64,000 bases of DNA from Caecitellus pseudoparvulus (Eukaryota; Protista; Bigyra: Bicosoecida), in NCBI GenBank assembly GCA_965644315.1, contig CBFFRQ010000067.1, forward strand, positions 558,001 through 622,000, given 5' to 3'. Position 1 is the first letter of the stretch, and every line of letters starts with the position of its first letter. Positions 8,222 to 21,799 of the stretch are shown one piece after another. The notes under the pieces are model-generated. The model was given only the letters and a program-made list of their open reading frames with translations. It searched no databases and had not been told where the DNA came from. The position numbers and the translations under genes were made by a program.

Positions 8222-8549
8222 AGCCCCCTGTGCCGGCCTTTCTGCGGCACCCCGCCTCTGCAGCCCTTCCACCAGCCACACTCAAGCACATACAAACACA
8301 AGGGCGCCCATGGCTGTCACGGAGACCTGCATGAGACCCTTCTTCGCCATTCTGGCCAAGCGCAGTAGGTAAAAGGGCCACCCGCTGTGGGAACTTGCTG
8401 GCACTCCACCTTATGCACTACACCTCCATCACACCGACACGCTCCCAGCCTACTATCTTAAGAAGCCTGGGCGTCGGGGACGCACGCACTTTGCTTGTGA
8501 TGCTTGCATTCAAACCCTGGGACATGGACATGCTTGCCCCGAGCGCTGC

Positions 8550-11500
8550 CTACGCCAACTCAGCGTCATCGCCTTCGTCGGCGCTGTCTGGTCCCTCCTC
8601 GACAGTGAGGTGGAAGTCGTACTCTTGATCGCAGCCCAGGTATGAGTCACACATGAGGTACAGCGTGAGTTCGTGCTTGCCCGGGCTGGCGGGTGCAGGG
8701 AATGCGAGCTTGACGGATTGCTTGGCTCCAAACGCGACGCGCTTGATGGCGTACAGCTTGTTGGCAGGGAGGTTGCCCAGCACCACCCACCATGACTCGG
8801 TCTTGGCTTTGGGATAGCGCGGGGCAATGACTGACCCCAGTCCGGCCCCCTCGTCCATGCCTTCAGTGGTGGACTCCCGCGTCAACTCCACTCGCAGGGA
8901 GACGGTGTCAGCTGTGGTCACAGAGGCTGTGACAGGCGTGTCTTCCTCGGCAGCAGAGCCGCCGACAGTGCCGTCGCCGCCTGACGTGGCTGTGAAGGCC
9001 AGGTCCACCTGCGGGTACCGGTTGCAGAAGGCTGCGACGTCTGCGAGCTGGGCGGGGGCGAGGCCTTCCAGCAGTTGCAGGCGCTGGGGCCCCTCCATCT
9101 CCATGAGGTCCAGAACGCTTTCGATGCCGCCTTCCTCTTCATCGCTGCCGCCCTGCGCCCCCCACTCCAGGGCCCGTTTGGCCAGGGCAGGTGTAAAGTG
9201 GGGGATCTGCAGCAGCTCTGCGCCAGGCTGTGTGATCCACACGCCCTGCACCACCATCTGTGTGAGCTCCATGCAGGCCAGCGCAGGCTTGATCCAGCCG
9301 GAGAGGGCCACCACGTCCACTAGCGCTTGGAGCAAGGGGATGGTTTGTGGCAGGATGGCGGCCGTGTCCACCATGAGGTTGGAGGGCAGGCGCTTGCGGG
9401 AAAAGTGTGCCTGGAGCAGCATGTTGGTCTTGACGTGGGGGTCGGTGTACATGCTGCCCCCGGCTGCCGTGGTGGCGGACAGGGCCACTTTGGCGTGGCG
9501 GGCGAGGGAGCGAATGGTGGCTTCCTCTCCGTGCCGCACAGGCACGGCCTCGAACTCCGCGGCGTGTGAGAGGATGTCCAAGAAGCCCTTCAGGCGGCTC
9601 TCAGCCTTGACGCTGGAGGCAAAGACCTCCAGGGTGGTGTAGGTGAGGTAGTAATACGCGGCGATCATGCCCAGGTTGAGGGGCAGCAAGTCCATCTCAT
9701 CTTCGATCTCCACGCACCCGCTAGCCTCCAGGTCAGCCAGCGTGCTTTCCACCAGCTCGGACAGGTGGTGGGACAGGTGCTCCGGTGTGGTGCCGGTGAG
9801 GGCGTAAAAGTTGGGGTTCTGGTTCAGGCGACGGTAGTACAGCGTCCACGTCATCCAGTCCACTGCATCCTGCTTCGTCTCCACCATGCCTGACACGACC
9901 TCTGCGTTGAGGTGGTCGTGCAGGCGTGCATCCAGGTGTGACTCCACCGGCAGGGGCTCGAAGAGGAACTTCTTCAAGTACTGCCGGCGGTGCGAGGCGG
10001 CGAAGATCGCCACACGGGCGTTGCCGCTGGCGCCCGGCACTGTGGCCAGCTGCATCATCTGCACAAGGTCCGTGATGGGGTAGTCCACATACCGGTGTGT
10101 GGCGCCGTCGTACCGCTGGGTGCCCAGCACCACCACCAAGTGCGCACGCAGGGGGCAGCCCCACGCGCCACTGGCCTCCATGGCCACGACGCCCAGGCGG
10201 CGCTCACTCCACAGGGCCCGCACCTTAGCTTGGTGGGCCTCGGGCATGCCGTCGTGGAGGAAGGCCACGCCGCCCTTCAGGCAGGCGGCGAGGCTGGGGT
10301 CCTGTGTCTGCACCTCTTCCGCTGCACGGGCGAGTGCTGCCAGGGCCTCGCCACGCCCGTCGCTTGTGCTGCCACTGGGGATGAAGCGCGTGGCATCGCC
10401 GTCCGCTGCGGCAAAGGTGACTGCGTCAATGGCGCTGAGGACGGCTTGCTTGCGGGAGGGGGCCATGAGCAGGGCGGGGAAGTCGGCGCCAGGCGCCTGC
10501 GCGCAGTGTGCCGAGACGGTGGCAAACACGGGACGGGCCATGGCCAGGAGGCGCGATGCAAAGTCGGGGATGTCCATGCCTGTGATGTCGATGTCCAAGG
10601 GGGTGGGGCGCACCTTGGGGTGGAAGTTGAAGATGCTGCGGCCAGGCCGCGCGCCCAGCCACCCGCCCACATCCACGGCGTTGGCAATGGAGGCGGCTGT
10701 GGCCACGATGCGGGGTCGTGCGTCTTCCGGCAGCCGCGCAGCCACGTAGCGCATGCGGGACACCACCACCTCCAGCACAGCTCCCTCGGGCGAGGCAAGC
10801 ATGTGCAAGTCCTCCACCAAGAACAGGGCGACGGCCGTCACAGCCTTGCGCTTCTGCCACATGCGCGAGAGGCGGTCCCAGGCCTCAGGCGTGGCCAGGG
10901 CCAGGTGCGACCTGCCCAGTAGCTTGCTGTCAGCGACGGCGTCGCCGGTCAGCTCCACGACACCCTTGCCAAGCCCCTTGCCGAACTTGAAGTCCCACAG
11001 GCGGAACACCTCAGCCACCCGCCGGGCGTTGGCGCCGATGTACACTGCCGTGGCGTCTGGCCTGTCGTTGTACAGGCGGATGAGCGCCAGCTCCAGGAGG
11101 CTGAGCAGGCCAGAGCCAGCTGGCCCCGCGACGAGGACGTTCTCGTCGCTCTCGTACACGGCGGGGAAGGCCTGTGTCTGGATGGCGTTGAAGGTGGAGG
11201 TGATGACGGAGTCCCCAGCAGAGCCGTGCAGGCCGCCGCGGGTAGCCGTGGACAGCACCGCCTGGCCCTCAGCGGAGCGCAGGGCGGACAGGGGCATGGG
11301 CTCCAGGTCCAGCAACTCCGTCGTGGGGGGGTACTTGGCAGGCAGGATGAGGTGGCGGAAGGAGATGGGCAGGGCGGCAGAGCAGCCCAGCCACCGGTCA
11401 GCCAGCACCCGGACAAAGTACTGCGGCGGCATGGGGTCGGTGAGTGGCACCGTGAAGGTGACGACGTGCTCCTCCCCTGCATACCGGCGCTGCAGGAACC

Positions 11501-14500
11501 AGGGCTGGGCGTGCAGGATGACGGCCGAGTCAGCGTCCTCCACGAGCACCCAGAAGGCCAGGGCGCCACCGTGGTAGCGTTCGTCCCACGTGAAGTCGGG
11601 GACCAGCGTGAGGTCCACGCGCAGGGTGGACCGTGTGATGGGCTGCACGTGCGCTGCAAGCTCCAGGCGGGGGAAGGAGTGCACGAGGCGGTGCATGACC
11701 TTGCCCACGCTGGGCAGGCGCACGAGCTCCCCCAGCTCCACACTGGTGAGGTCCCAGTACCGCTCCCAGTCCAGGTCCTTCTTCTCAATGCTGCGCAGCA
11801 GCTCTTCAGGCAGGCCGGGTGTGAACTGGCGCAGGGGGGTCGACGCGCGCCACTGCCGGTGCTGGATCATGTTCGAAAGGTCCAAGGTGCGCTTGGCCAG
11901 TGCGGCCCAGCCGCGCTTCAGGCAGATTTCGAACATGGCCCGCACCAGCCGACCTGCAGAGCCACGGATGTACACCATGTCCGCGTTCAAGGCGTAGCCG
12001 TCCAGGGGCAGGCGGGAGATGTACGCCTGCAGCAGGGCATTCACCTTGGCAGTGGGCTCCTCCACGCCCTCCTTCACGGGGACAGGCACGCGCTCCAGCA
12101 CTTTGCGCAGCTCCTCCCGCTCTGCCTGGCGGATGACGATGTTGCGGAATTCGTGGGCCAGGGAGAAGACCCGGAAAAGCTCAATTTCACTCATGTGCGG
12201 CTTGAGGTACTGGTTGAAGGCGGCGATGGTGGGGTGCACGACGTAGTAGTGCGAGGCCACCTTGCCCAGCGGCGTGGGCTGGATGACGCCGCCCCGACGG
12301 TCGTATCGGATGAGGTTGTGCTTGTCCAACAGGACACAGGCAGAGTGCGCCAGGTCCAGCCGGCGCTGGTGCAGGGTGGGGTCGGCGTCCACCGCGTCCA
12401 CCGGCAGGCCGTACAGCTGCGGCGACTGCAGCATGCGCCAGTACAAGTAGGAGTAGGTGAGCCAGGTGGCTGCGTCTGCCAGAGTGCCCACGTTGCCTGC
12501 CACGATTTCCGCGTTCAGGCAGTCGGGCAGGCGGGACACCATCTGGCTCTCAATGGGCAGCTGCTGCGTCATGAGGGACAGGTAGTACGGCAGTTGGGCG
12601 TGCTGGGTGATGATGATGCCCTCCCCGAAGGTGTCGTACTGGGGGCGCCCGGCTCGCCCCAGCATCTGCATGACATCCTGAGGCGACAGCTCCAGCCAGC
12701 AGCCAGCCTCCGGGTTGTAGATCTGCGTGCCCTTGATGATGACGGCATGGGCAGGCAGGTTCACGCCCCACGCCAGCGTGGCGGTGGACACCAGCACCTG
12801 CACGTGCCCATCTGCAAAGAGCTCCTCCACCAGCGTGCGCTCGGCGCGCGTCATGCCGGCATTGTGCATGGCAAAGCCGTGCGGCAGCACGTTGCGCAGG
12901 TCCTCCGACGTCACGGCGTCGCTGTCGGCCTCCTCGATGAGGATTTCGCGGCTGGCGGAGTCTTCGCGCAGGAAGCGCGACAATTCATCGCGCTCCAGGG
13001 CCGTGTCGCGCAGGAAGCGGGCAGTGGCGGCGGTGTCTTTGCGCGTGTGCACGAACACCAGCACCTGGTTCTTGCCAGCCTGCTGCAGCACCTTCTCGTA
13101 CGTGATGTCGTTCATCACCTGCAGGCGCTTCAGCGGCTTGCGCTCCGTCACGCCGATGTACTGCTGCTGCAGCGGGCAGGGGCGGAAGGAGCCGTCGAAG
13201 AAGAACAGCCCCGAGGCGGGGTCCACACCCAGAAACGTCGCGACGTCCTCATAGTTGGGCAGGGTCGCAGACAGGCCCACGAGGCGCACGTGCTCCTTCG
13301 TCGTGGCCTCCTGGCGGCGTGTGCGAGCCACGAGACACTCCAGCACTGGCCCGCGGTCATCGTGCAGCAGGTGGATCTCGTCGATGATGACACACCGCAC
13401 AAGCTGCGTGAACAGGCGGTCGCCAGCTTTGCGCGTCACGACGTCCCACTTCTCAGGGGTGGACACGATGATCTGCGTGTCGGCAATTTCCGCCTTGCTC
13501 AGGTTCACGTCGCCACTCAGCTCCCGCACATTCAGCCCGTAGGGCTCCCCGATGCGCTGGGTGAGGTTGGCCACCACCTCCTGCACGAGGGCCTTCATGG
13601 GCGCAATGTACACGATCTTGAAGCTGGCCTTGTCAAAGACCCCCGTCTCGGCGTCCCGCCACGCACCCATGGCTTGCAAGATGGTCAGCACTGCGACGTT
13701 GGTCTTGCCCGCCCCGGTCGGCGCGCAGAGCAGCAAGTTCTCATCCCGCTCAAAGGCGCAGGGGCGCAAGCGGGACTGCACACGGTTCAAGGTCGTCATG
13801 CCCTTGAACGCGGCATGTGTCCACGCCGGCAAACTGGAGATGGGAAACAACTCCCCAGCCTTGGGGGCGGGGGCGGCCTTGGCTGGCACGTGCACCTCCT
13901 CATACCCCGGCTTGGTGGAGCGCCACGCTCCCTCGGGCAGGCTGACGTCCCCATTGGTCATGGTGCGCGCGCCTGCCTTGAACTTGAGTGACTCCAGGTC
14001 CAGCAAGGACGCAGAGACGGTGGGCCCACCCGCACCACCGCCAGCTGCCGCACCACCGCTGCTGCCGCCCTCTCGCCCAGTCCGCGCCTTGCCCCCCACC
14101 CCGCCCTGGCGCCTACGGTCCAAGGTGTCCACACGCCCCCCCGGCAGCGTCCCCGTGGCCACCGCAGCCCCAGTGCCCTTCAGCTTGGCCAGGATGCGGG
14201 GCCCCTCGCCGCTGGCATCCCCCAGCATGGCGCTCTCCAGCTCAGCGCGGTCAGCGTCCGAGTCAGCCCTGCGCCAGGAGGTCACCCACACGATCTTCCG
14301 CCGGTTGTTCAGCAGCAGCTTGATGAAGTCGAACTTGTCGTAGTCCAGCTCCAGCACCAGCGCCTGCTCAGCGGCTCGCATGTCCTCCTGCTGCAGCGCC
14401 TGCATGACGGCTGCCGCCTTAGCTCGGGCGTCGGCGGCGTCCGCGTAATACGTCGCCATCTGCCGCTGCACCCAAAAAGCGTCAATGTCCTTCACTGGCA

Positions 14501-15661
14501 AGCCAGCCTCATCCTCCTCCCCGTCCGCTCCACCCTCGTCCTCAGCGGAGCCCCCGCCCGCCAGCTCGCGCCCCGTATCAGCCTCCTCGCCCTCGTCGTC
14601 TGCTGCCTCATCGTCCTCCTCCTCCACCACGGCAAAGTGCATACCAGTGCCCGCCTCCTCCTCCTCGTCGTCATCTGCGAGCACGACGATGGCGTCGCCC
14701 CCAGCGCCAGTTGACGCTGCGGCGCCCTCGCCATCGCCCTGCCCAAAGTCCGTTATGCGCTTGGACATGTTCACCAACTTGTTGAAGTCTTCGGGGCTGT
14801 ACGCCGTGCCCAGCAGCGCCTCCACCTGCCCCTTGCACGCAGCTGGCCCGCCCGCCGCCCCCCCTTTCAACACAGCCAGCACCTCCTCCGCAGCGCTGGC
14901 CAGCACGTCACTGGGCTGGTCTCCTAAGCGCCCAGCCAGTTCCCCCAACAGCGTCTCGTACACGGCCCGGGTCTCCCGGGTCGAGGGCCTGTACGAGGTG
15001 GCAGTGATGTCTGCCGACGCGGCCAACACGTCGTCGGCCTGGCGCACGTGAAACGTCAGGCCACCATCATCACCGCCACGCCTGCGTTTTGTGCCACCTG
15101 CAGCCACTGCATCCGACTGCCCCGCGCTCCTGCGAAGTGAGGGGCGTGGCGGGTGGAACAGAGCGGGCCAGCGGCAGGTAGCAATTGCCGCAGGCCAAGC
15201 CACCCACTTGGCGCCCCCCCGGCGCCCCACAGCTGACGCGAGCAAGGCGCGGCACACGATCGCGTGTATCATGCTTCAAGCCATGTGCTGCAGAGGGCCA
15301 TCTCGCGCTGCAGCCCGCAGGGCACGCGTAGCAGAACTCACTTGGCTTTCGTGTCCTTGAGCTGCTTCAGGGCTTTGGGCATGGCCTCACGCGCCCGGTC
15401 ACCCATGGGAGCTAAATCCCTCCCACGCAAGGATTCAGGATCTCCAGTGGGTTCCCTTCCTCGCTTGCCATCGCGCTCTGCTCGCAGCACCAAGTTTGAG
15501 TTCTGCAAAGGGGCAGGGCAGCCAAGTCAGCAATTCCGCACGGCTGCTCTGCTTCCGTTGGGCGCTGCCACGGAGCAGGCACGACAGCAGAGCAGTGCAG
15601 TGACCGCGTCACGCACTGCCTGGTATTCGTACAGTCGACTGCGCAACACTTCGTCAGCCAT
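8550..15661 (-). CDS. SNRNP200: U5 snRNP 200-kDa RNA helicase Brr2 (3 exons)
   Basis: Exon 1 MADEVLRSRLYEYQA and exon 2 NSNLVL...EPTG..MGDRA match the Brr2 N-terminus. The main exon starts at 15129 and has APTGAGKT, DEIH, Sec63 domains and a second degenerate helicase cassette. Confidence 0.97.
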
Positions 15662-16210
15662 GACTGACGCTCACTGGGCGCCCGGCAGGCCTGGACTGGT
15701 GCAGCGGTCACCCTGAACGGCGTGTCACAGGCCACCCTGCTCTGGCACAGACCTTACTCAAGGAAGGGTGCACTGCAGGCCTCAAGAAACCTGCACGTGC
15801 ACAGGCTGGCTGTTTTTGGTTTGCGCAGCCCCGGGACTTGGCGCTGCGGCGACACGGAGCCAGGCCAACGTGCACAGCCAAGCAGTGCAATCAGAGGCCC
15901 AATTTCTGGCAAAGAAAACACTTACGCAGCATGTCATTGGTGCGCCTTGTGTGTGTTGGGACTGCGCTGCCTGTGCCATTGCGTGCCGAAACTTGCCTGC
16001 GCCTGCCAGGTGCACTCGCTGGGCTGCAAGTTCCGCTGCTCCACCTCCAAGCTCGCCCGAACAGAGAGGGACGCGGCGCCTGTTCAGCAGGGAGATAGTT
16101 CACTCTTTTTAAGTGTGTATCGGTGTTTTGCAAGCGCAGACCCTCGCAGGTGCCCGGTTCCGCAGCGTTTCACTCTGACTCTGCTCACCCCTCCATCGCA
16201 GGCTGACGCC

Positions 16211-18121
16211 ATGGCAACTGCAGCAGACGGCAGACTTCGGGAGGCCGTGCGGAACTCCAACCTGCAGCAAGTGAAGTCTGCATTGCAGCAAGGTGCCTCG
16301 CCCAACGCATTTAGCAGTGAACCGCTGCTCATGTGTGCTGTGGAAAAGCGCAGCGAGGAGGTGGTGCAGGCGCTGCTGGATGCGGGGGCGCTTGTGAACG
16401 AGACCTCCTCCTCCTTGAACGTCACAGCGTTCTGGAAGGCGTGCATGCTGGGCGAGGTTGGTCTGGCTCGCCTGCTCCTGGACCACGGTGCTGACCCCGC
16501 CCTGAAGTCCTCCTCTGGCGCCTCGGGCGCCCTGGTGGCCATTGAGTTCGGCCACGAGGGCATCATTGACCTGCTCCTGGAAATTGGCGCTGACATTTTC
16601 GAACCCAGGGATGACGGCAGCACGGCACTGGGCGTGGCCATCAGCTGGGACCAGACGGCCCTGGCGCTGCGTCTGCTTAACTTAGGCGCTGATGCGCAGC
16701 AAGCCAGCGCAGGCGGTTGGCTGCCGCTGCACATCGCGGGGGAGAAGGGCAACGTCCCCGTCATCAAGGCTCTGCTGCTGGCCGGCGCAGAGGTGGACAT
16801 GCCGGGGCCGCAGGACGAAACTGCCCTGTGGACAGCCTGCCGCGGTGGGAACTTGGAGGCTGCCAAGGTGCTGCACGAAGCTGGCGCTGACCCCAGCGCC
16901 CTGACTGGCTACGGCGCTAGCTGTGCATTCATCGCTTGCGAGTCTGGCAGCCTGCCTGTGCTGAACTGGCTTGCAGGGCTGGGCGTGGACGTCTTGGTGA
17001 AACGCAGCGGAAATGACGCCACCCCCCTGGGCATTGCCCTGTCCAAGAACCACACTGACGTGGCTCTGCGCCTGCTGGAGCTGGGCGCTGACCCAAACCA
17101 GGTTGGAGAAAACGGATGGTTTGCCCTGCACATTGCGGTGGAAAAAGACATGGCCACGGCGCGGCGGGAGCTGCTGCGCGCAGGTGCCAAATGCGACATG
17201 CCCGGTGGGTCAGGTGGCCTCACGCCGCTGGGCATTTCCCTGCGCCTGACCGACACTGCAGTGCTGTCTGAGCTGCTGCAGCACCACGGAGATGCAGACG
17301 CTGCGTACGATGACGAGCAGAGCTGCTTGGAATGGGCCATTGAGCATGGCATGTGGGCCCACGTGCGGGCGCTGCTGGAGGCTGGCGCGCGCATGGGCCC
17401 AGCGCCAGGTGACTCGGCGGAGTCACCTGGTGAGAAAGCGGCGCAGGCTGCCCTGATGCACGCCCCGGCTGGGGAGCTGCAGCGCTGCTTCGAGTATGGT
17501 TGGGACGCATCCGTGCCGTTTCACAATGGCGACTCGGTGCTGCACGTGCTGGTGCGGCGTGAGGAGTCCCTGAACGGCGTGATCAAGGTGCTGACCCAGC
17601 ACGGCGCTCAAGTGCAGGCTGAAAACGCGCAGGGCCTGTCGCCTTGCATGCTGGCGGTGATGGCTGGCAAGGCCGACGTCGTGACCGCACTCTTGGAGGC
17701 CGGCGCTGACGCAGCAGAGCCGTTGCCGACGGGCGAGTCACTGCTGCACCGTGCGTTGGAGGAAAAAGCTGAAGGCTGTGTTTTGGCGCTTCTGGAGCAC
17801 GGCGCGGAGGTGGACGGCACCTTCAAATATGGCGACGGGCCGCTGCACCACGCCATTCGGCACAACATGCCCCGTGCAGTGGAGGCACTCCTGGCACACT
17901 CCGCCAGCGCCACGGAACCGAACGCACAAGAAGACACGCCCCTGCACCTTGCCGTGCAGTTCTGCCTGCAGGTGTGCGCGCCTCTCGTGCGCCGTGGGGC
18001 AGATTTGCACGCTGAAGATGGTGAAGGGCTCACAGCGGCGGAAGTTGCCGAGTCGCAAGGCCTGACTGAGGCGGTGCAAGAGCTGGAGCAGCTGGAAGCA
18101 CAGCAGCCGTCAAGCTCATGA
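16211..18121 (+). CDS. Ankyrin repeat protein (conventional, diverged ~33-aa repeats)
   Basis: Many TPLH/PLHIA..G...V..LL..GAD motifs. Start taken at MATAADG; there is a CAG acceptor just upstream, so an upstream exon is possible. Confidence 0.85.
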   Translation: MATAADGRLREAVRNSNLQQVKSALQQGASPNAFSSEPLLMCAVEKRSEEVVQALLDAGALVNETSSSLNVTAFWKACMLGEVGLARLLLDHGADPALKSSSGASGALVAIEFGHEGIIDLLLEIGADIFEPRDDGSTALGVAISWDQTALALRLLNLGADAQQASAGGWLPLHIAGEKGNVPVIKALLLAGAEVDMPGPQDETALWTACRGGNLEAAKVLHEAGADPSALTGYGASCAFIACESGSLPVLNWLAGLGVDVLVKRSGNDATPLGIALSKNHTDVALRLLELGADPNQVGENGWFALHIAVEKDMATARRELLRAGAKCDMPGGSGGLTPLGISLRLTDTAVLSELLQHHGDADAAYDDEQSCLEWAIEHGMWAHVRALLEAGARMGPAPGDSAESPGEKAAQAALMHAPAGELQRCFEYGWDASVPFHNGDSVLHVLVRREESLNGVIKVLTQHGAQVQAENAQGLSPCMLAVMAGKADVVTALLEAGADAAEPLPTGESLLHRALEEKAEGCVLALLEHGAEVDGTFKYGDGPLHHAIRHNMPRAVEALLAHSASATEPNAQEDTPLHLAVQFCLQVCAPLVRRGADLHAEDGEGLTAAEVAESQGLTEAVQELEQLEAQQPSSS

Positions 18122-18190
18122 GGGTGTGCGCAGCTGGATCCTCCTGCTTCAATGCACACTGCTCGGCGCATCCGAAACGCCCACCCACAT

Positions 18191-19785
18191 TCATCGTGCG
18201 TTTCCCCACGTGCCACCTGGCGTGCTGCGTGCCAGGGCCAGTGTGGCTGAGCGGTCTGTGAAGCGCACCGCTGCCTTCCCTGCCGCCTGCCCTGCTGCCT
18301 CCTCCGCTGCGAGGATGGCCTTGCTGCCCTGCCAAGTCACCAGGTCGTCCAGCGCAACACCCGTGTCAGCCATGTGCTGCAGTGCACCTGCCCGCCCGGC
18401 GCAAGGCCCGCTGCCCAGCACCCCAGCGTCAATGTCCTGCACCACTGATGCCACCACGCTGCGTGCATCGGGGATGTTGGAGTTGATGGTGCCACTGGGT
18501 CCCCGGCGCAGCCACCCTGTAACGTACAACCCCCGCTGCACACCTGCCTCCCCCACCACACGCCCTTTCTCACTGGGCACCACGCCTCTCGCAAAGGGGG
18601 CACCATCCAGAGGTTGGCAGGAGTACCCAGTGCTCATCAGCACCATGTCCACAGCGGGCAGCGACAGGGGCTCGCGGTCCGTGTAACGCATGAGGCGCCC
18701 GCCTGGCGGCCCCTCCATCTCCGTCTCGCGAGCCGACACCTGCAGGCGCCCGCCCTCCACCTGCACCACGTCCACAGGCTCCTTGTAAAACTGAAATTCC
18801 GCACGCACAGTCCCTGCCGCCGCCTCCTCTGGCAGGCTCTGCAGCAGCTCAAACTTGCGCCGCAACGCACGTGCCCCCGCCGCCTCCTCACCGCACGCAC
18901 TGTTCGCGGCTTTGTCGATGTCAGCAGAGGCGACCGTGCACGACACCCCCTCCAGACGAGTCAATTCTCTCATTTCCTTCGTGCTGAAGGCAGCCTGCAC
19001 GGGGCCACGTCGGGCGATGATATCCACACGCTGCACGCGACACGCTTGCAGGAGCTCCAGGGCAGGCGGCGCGATGTCTGTGGGGCGCAGGTGCTCCAGG
19101 GGCGCCAGCAAAATGCGCACACAGTCCATGGCGACGTTGCCGTTGCCGATGATGGCCACACGCTGCACGGCCCCGGCTTCGAACCGAGCTTGCAGCGGGC
19201 TGGGCAGGCGTGTGACGTCAGGGTGGTTGTTGTACCAGTGCACAAAGTCACGGGCAGGCAGGACTCCCGGCACGCCCTGCCCCACGTAACGTTTCTGGCT
19301 GCCCTGGGCCCCTGTGGCCAGCACGACTCCGGCGTAGTGCTGCTGCAGCTGCGGCACAGTGATGTGCTGCCCAACTCGCACGCCGCAGAGCAAAGACACT
19401 CGGTCATCGTCCGCCACAGCGGCAAAGTCGTTGGCCACGTTCTTCACTTCGGGGTGGTCTGGAGCGACACCCGTGCGTACCAGTCCTGCGCAGGGTGGCA
19501 CAAGCGACGCGTGACGGTGCTGGCGAGCTGTGGTGGCGATCTGCGTGTTTCGCCTGCGTTTCGTGTGGCACGTCAAACGCTCGGCTACGCACCAAACGGC
19601 ACATTCTCCTCCTCGTACAGGTCCACTGCCACATTCGGGTTTGCAGCTAGCAGGTACTTGGCCGTGTAAAATCCAGCAGGGCCAGCCCCAACTACCGCAA
19701 TGGGGATTCTGCCTGCTCCCGAGGCGGCCGTGCTCAAGCTCCGAACGCAGTGACCGCCACGGCTCCACCTTGCGAGCGAAAGCAT
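18191..19785 (-). CDS. FDXR: NADPH:adrenodoxin (ferredoxin) oxidoreductase, mitochondrial (2 exons)
   Basis: IAVVGAGPAGFYTA, PFG|LVRTGVAPDHPEVKNV, IIGNGNVAMDCVR, GWLRRGPSGTI; Arg-rich presequence. Confidence 0.93.
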
Positions 19786-20113
19786 GGCTCAACGGGGTCA
19801 GGAGAGCTGCTAAGTGATTATAATCTGATGTGATTCTGTTGGTGAGGCGTTTGCAGTTTTCACAGGTCATTGCGTTTGTCGACCTGCCTCGTTTTGCCAA
19901 GCTTGGCTGGACCGCACGCCCAGCACGAATCCCACCGCTGCATCAAATCGTGAATTCCATAATTCACACAAGACTCAAGTCTCCCTCTTCGCATGCTGCA
20001 TCCGTATGACTGCTTCTTTCTTCAAGTGTCGACCCCAGCGTGCTGCAATCGGGGTCGGCTGGGTGCGGTAATTGCGTGCCTCACACGCCAGCCAACCACC
20101 CCAGCAGGCAAGC

Positions 20114-21138
20114 ATGGCTGCTGCTGCGAGCGACCTGGCGCTGCCCGCAGTGGAAGTCGACGCAGAATGGGTGTCTGCAGAGGCCATTGCCGCCCTGCGT
20201 GCCTGCCTGCAGAAGGTGGATGCAGGGCAGCCCATGGAGCCTGAGAGCGAGGCCATCGACCCCGCCCTGTGGCCCAGCTGGGCTGCCTCGGAGCGCTGGG
20301 ACGCCTACGACCTGCGCAGGTTCCTCATTGCCCGACAGGGCGACGTGCAGAAAGCCGCTCGCATGCTCACACGCCATGTGCAGTGGCGTGTGGAGAGCTG
20401 CCCGTGGTTCCCGCAGGCCAAGCCCCCCTTGACACCCCTCGCCAAGCCCCTCGCCACTGGCAAGGTGTACCGCCATGGCTGGGACAAAGTGGGCCGCCCT
20501 GTCGTGTACGTGCACGGCAGCAGGCACATTGTCAGCGACACGAGCCCTGAGGAGAGCGAGGCGCTGGTCAGGTTCGCCATTGAGGATGTTGTGTCGGCAG
20601 CGGTGAGCGCGGAGGCGGCAGCTGCAGGGGGGGCAGCGGGGGAAGCATACCCCCCTGGCCAGTTCGTGGGTGTCGTGGACATGGCCGAGTTGGGCTGGTC
20701 CAACATGGACACCGGCATCATGAGCGTCATCTTCAACACCCTCAGCCGGAACTACCCCGAGCGCCTGGGCCGCCTGCTCATTCTGAACGAAGGCTGGGCC
20801 TTCTGGGTGTTGTGGAAGGTCATCGAGGGCCTCCTGGACGCCCGTGTGCGCAGCAAGATCGAGTTCCTCGGCACAGAGCACACGTGCGTGCGCCTGCGAC
20901 GCTCTGAAGCGTGCCACGCTGCCGCGGATCCAGCGACCCCTCACTCCCCTCCTGTCCTCACAGCGAAAGACTGCTGGAGCTCATTCCCAAGGAGCAGCTT
21001 CTGGAAGCGTATGGCGGCTCGTCGACGTTTGCCTTTGACTTTGAGACGTGGAGGGCGCAGTACGAGGCAGGGCAGGACAGCGCACAGGTCAACAGCAGCT
21101 TCACAGCACCAGTGCAGTGCCCACCCAAGCAGGCGTGA
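20114..21138 (+). CDS. CRAL-TRIO (Sec14-like) lipid-binding protein (2 exons)
   Basis: LRRFLIAR, GWDKVGRPV, NYPERLGRLLILN, and exon 2 LLELIPKEQLLEAYGG; intron ~20885-20963. Confidence 0.9.
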
Positions 21139-21160
21139 GCGAACAAGAATGCATTCCAAG

Positions 21161-21675
21161 TCAGCCAGTCTTCTCAGCCAACTGTGCCTGCTTGTGGGCC
21201 TCCAACAAGTACTGCCCCAAGTATTCCAGGGGGTTTGCAGGCCTGTGTGTGCCCCGAGAGTGCCATGCAGTGGGTGCGGAAACGCGCATGAAACGGCGCG
21301 AAGACGCACCGCTCAGTGGACAGCTTGGACAGGCCCTGGAGGAGGGTGGGGACCACTGTGCTGTCTAGGTACTTCCGCACAGGCAGCGCGTGCTGGCCTT
21401 CCGCAGAAGCCCCAGAGGAGCCAGCAGCCTCCGTCGCCTGAACCTGAGACACGCAAAACCGGCAGCACAGGTGCAGGGCGAGAGATGGGGACAGCAGGTG
21501 GTAAGCACAGCACTGCGTCAGGCACGCACTGTCTGCTCATCGACACCCAGCAGGGCTGCGTTGGAGGTGTCTGTGGTGGCAGGCGCGGGTGCAGGGTGGA
21601 GAATGCACGGCGTTCAAATCCCGCATCAACACTTGGCCACGCACCTGCAGGTGCACTGGGCGCTGATCCTTCCAT
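21161..21675 (-). CDS. DPY30: Dpy-30 motif protein (spliced)
   Basis: LPVRKYLDSTVVPTLLQGLSKLSTER|PANPLEYLGQYLL is the Dpy-30 dimerisation motif; 5' exon structure is uncertain. Confidence 0.85.
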
Positions 21676-21799
21676 GGTCCAAATGAGCTGTGTAATTACT
21701 GTGTATGCAAGCGCCAGATAGCTTGTTCTGCAACTTGGGATGCATGTTGGACTGGCAAGCGGAGTGTGGCGGTCGTCGACTGGTGCATTGCCGGTCGCC

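Noticed and set aside
8309-8371. Short ATG-initiated reading MAVTETCMRPFFAILAKRSR between the array and Brr2
   Set aside because: Only 20 codons, no recognisable homology, and no convincing downstream exon.
11226-13991. 921-aa antisense ORF within Brr2
   Set aside because: Mirror-strand shadow of a high-GC3 conserved gene.
15130-15272. ORF-track N-terminus of Brr2 (MIHAIVCR...)
   Set aside because: Intronic read-through; the conserved Brr2 N-terminus lies in upstream exons starting at 15661.
16211-18121. This ankyrin gene (and the one at 33378-34628) as a member of the variable-cassette family
   Set aside because: Ordinary diverged ~33-aa repeats with no 114-bp DNA periodicity and neither cap sequence.
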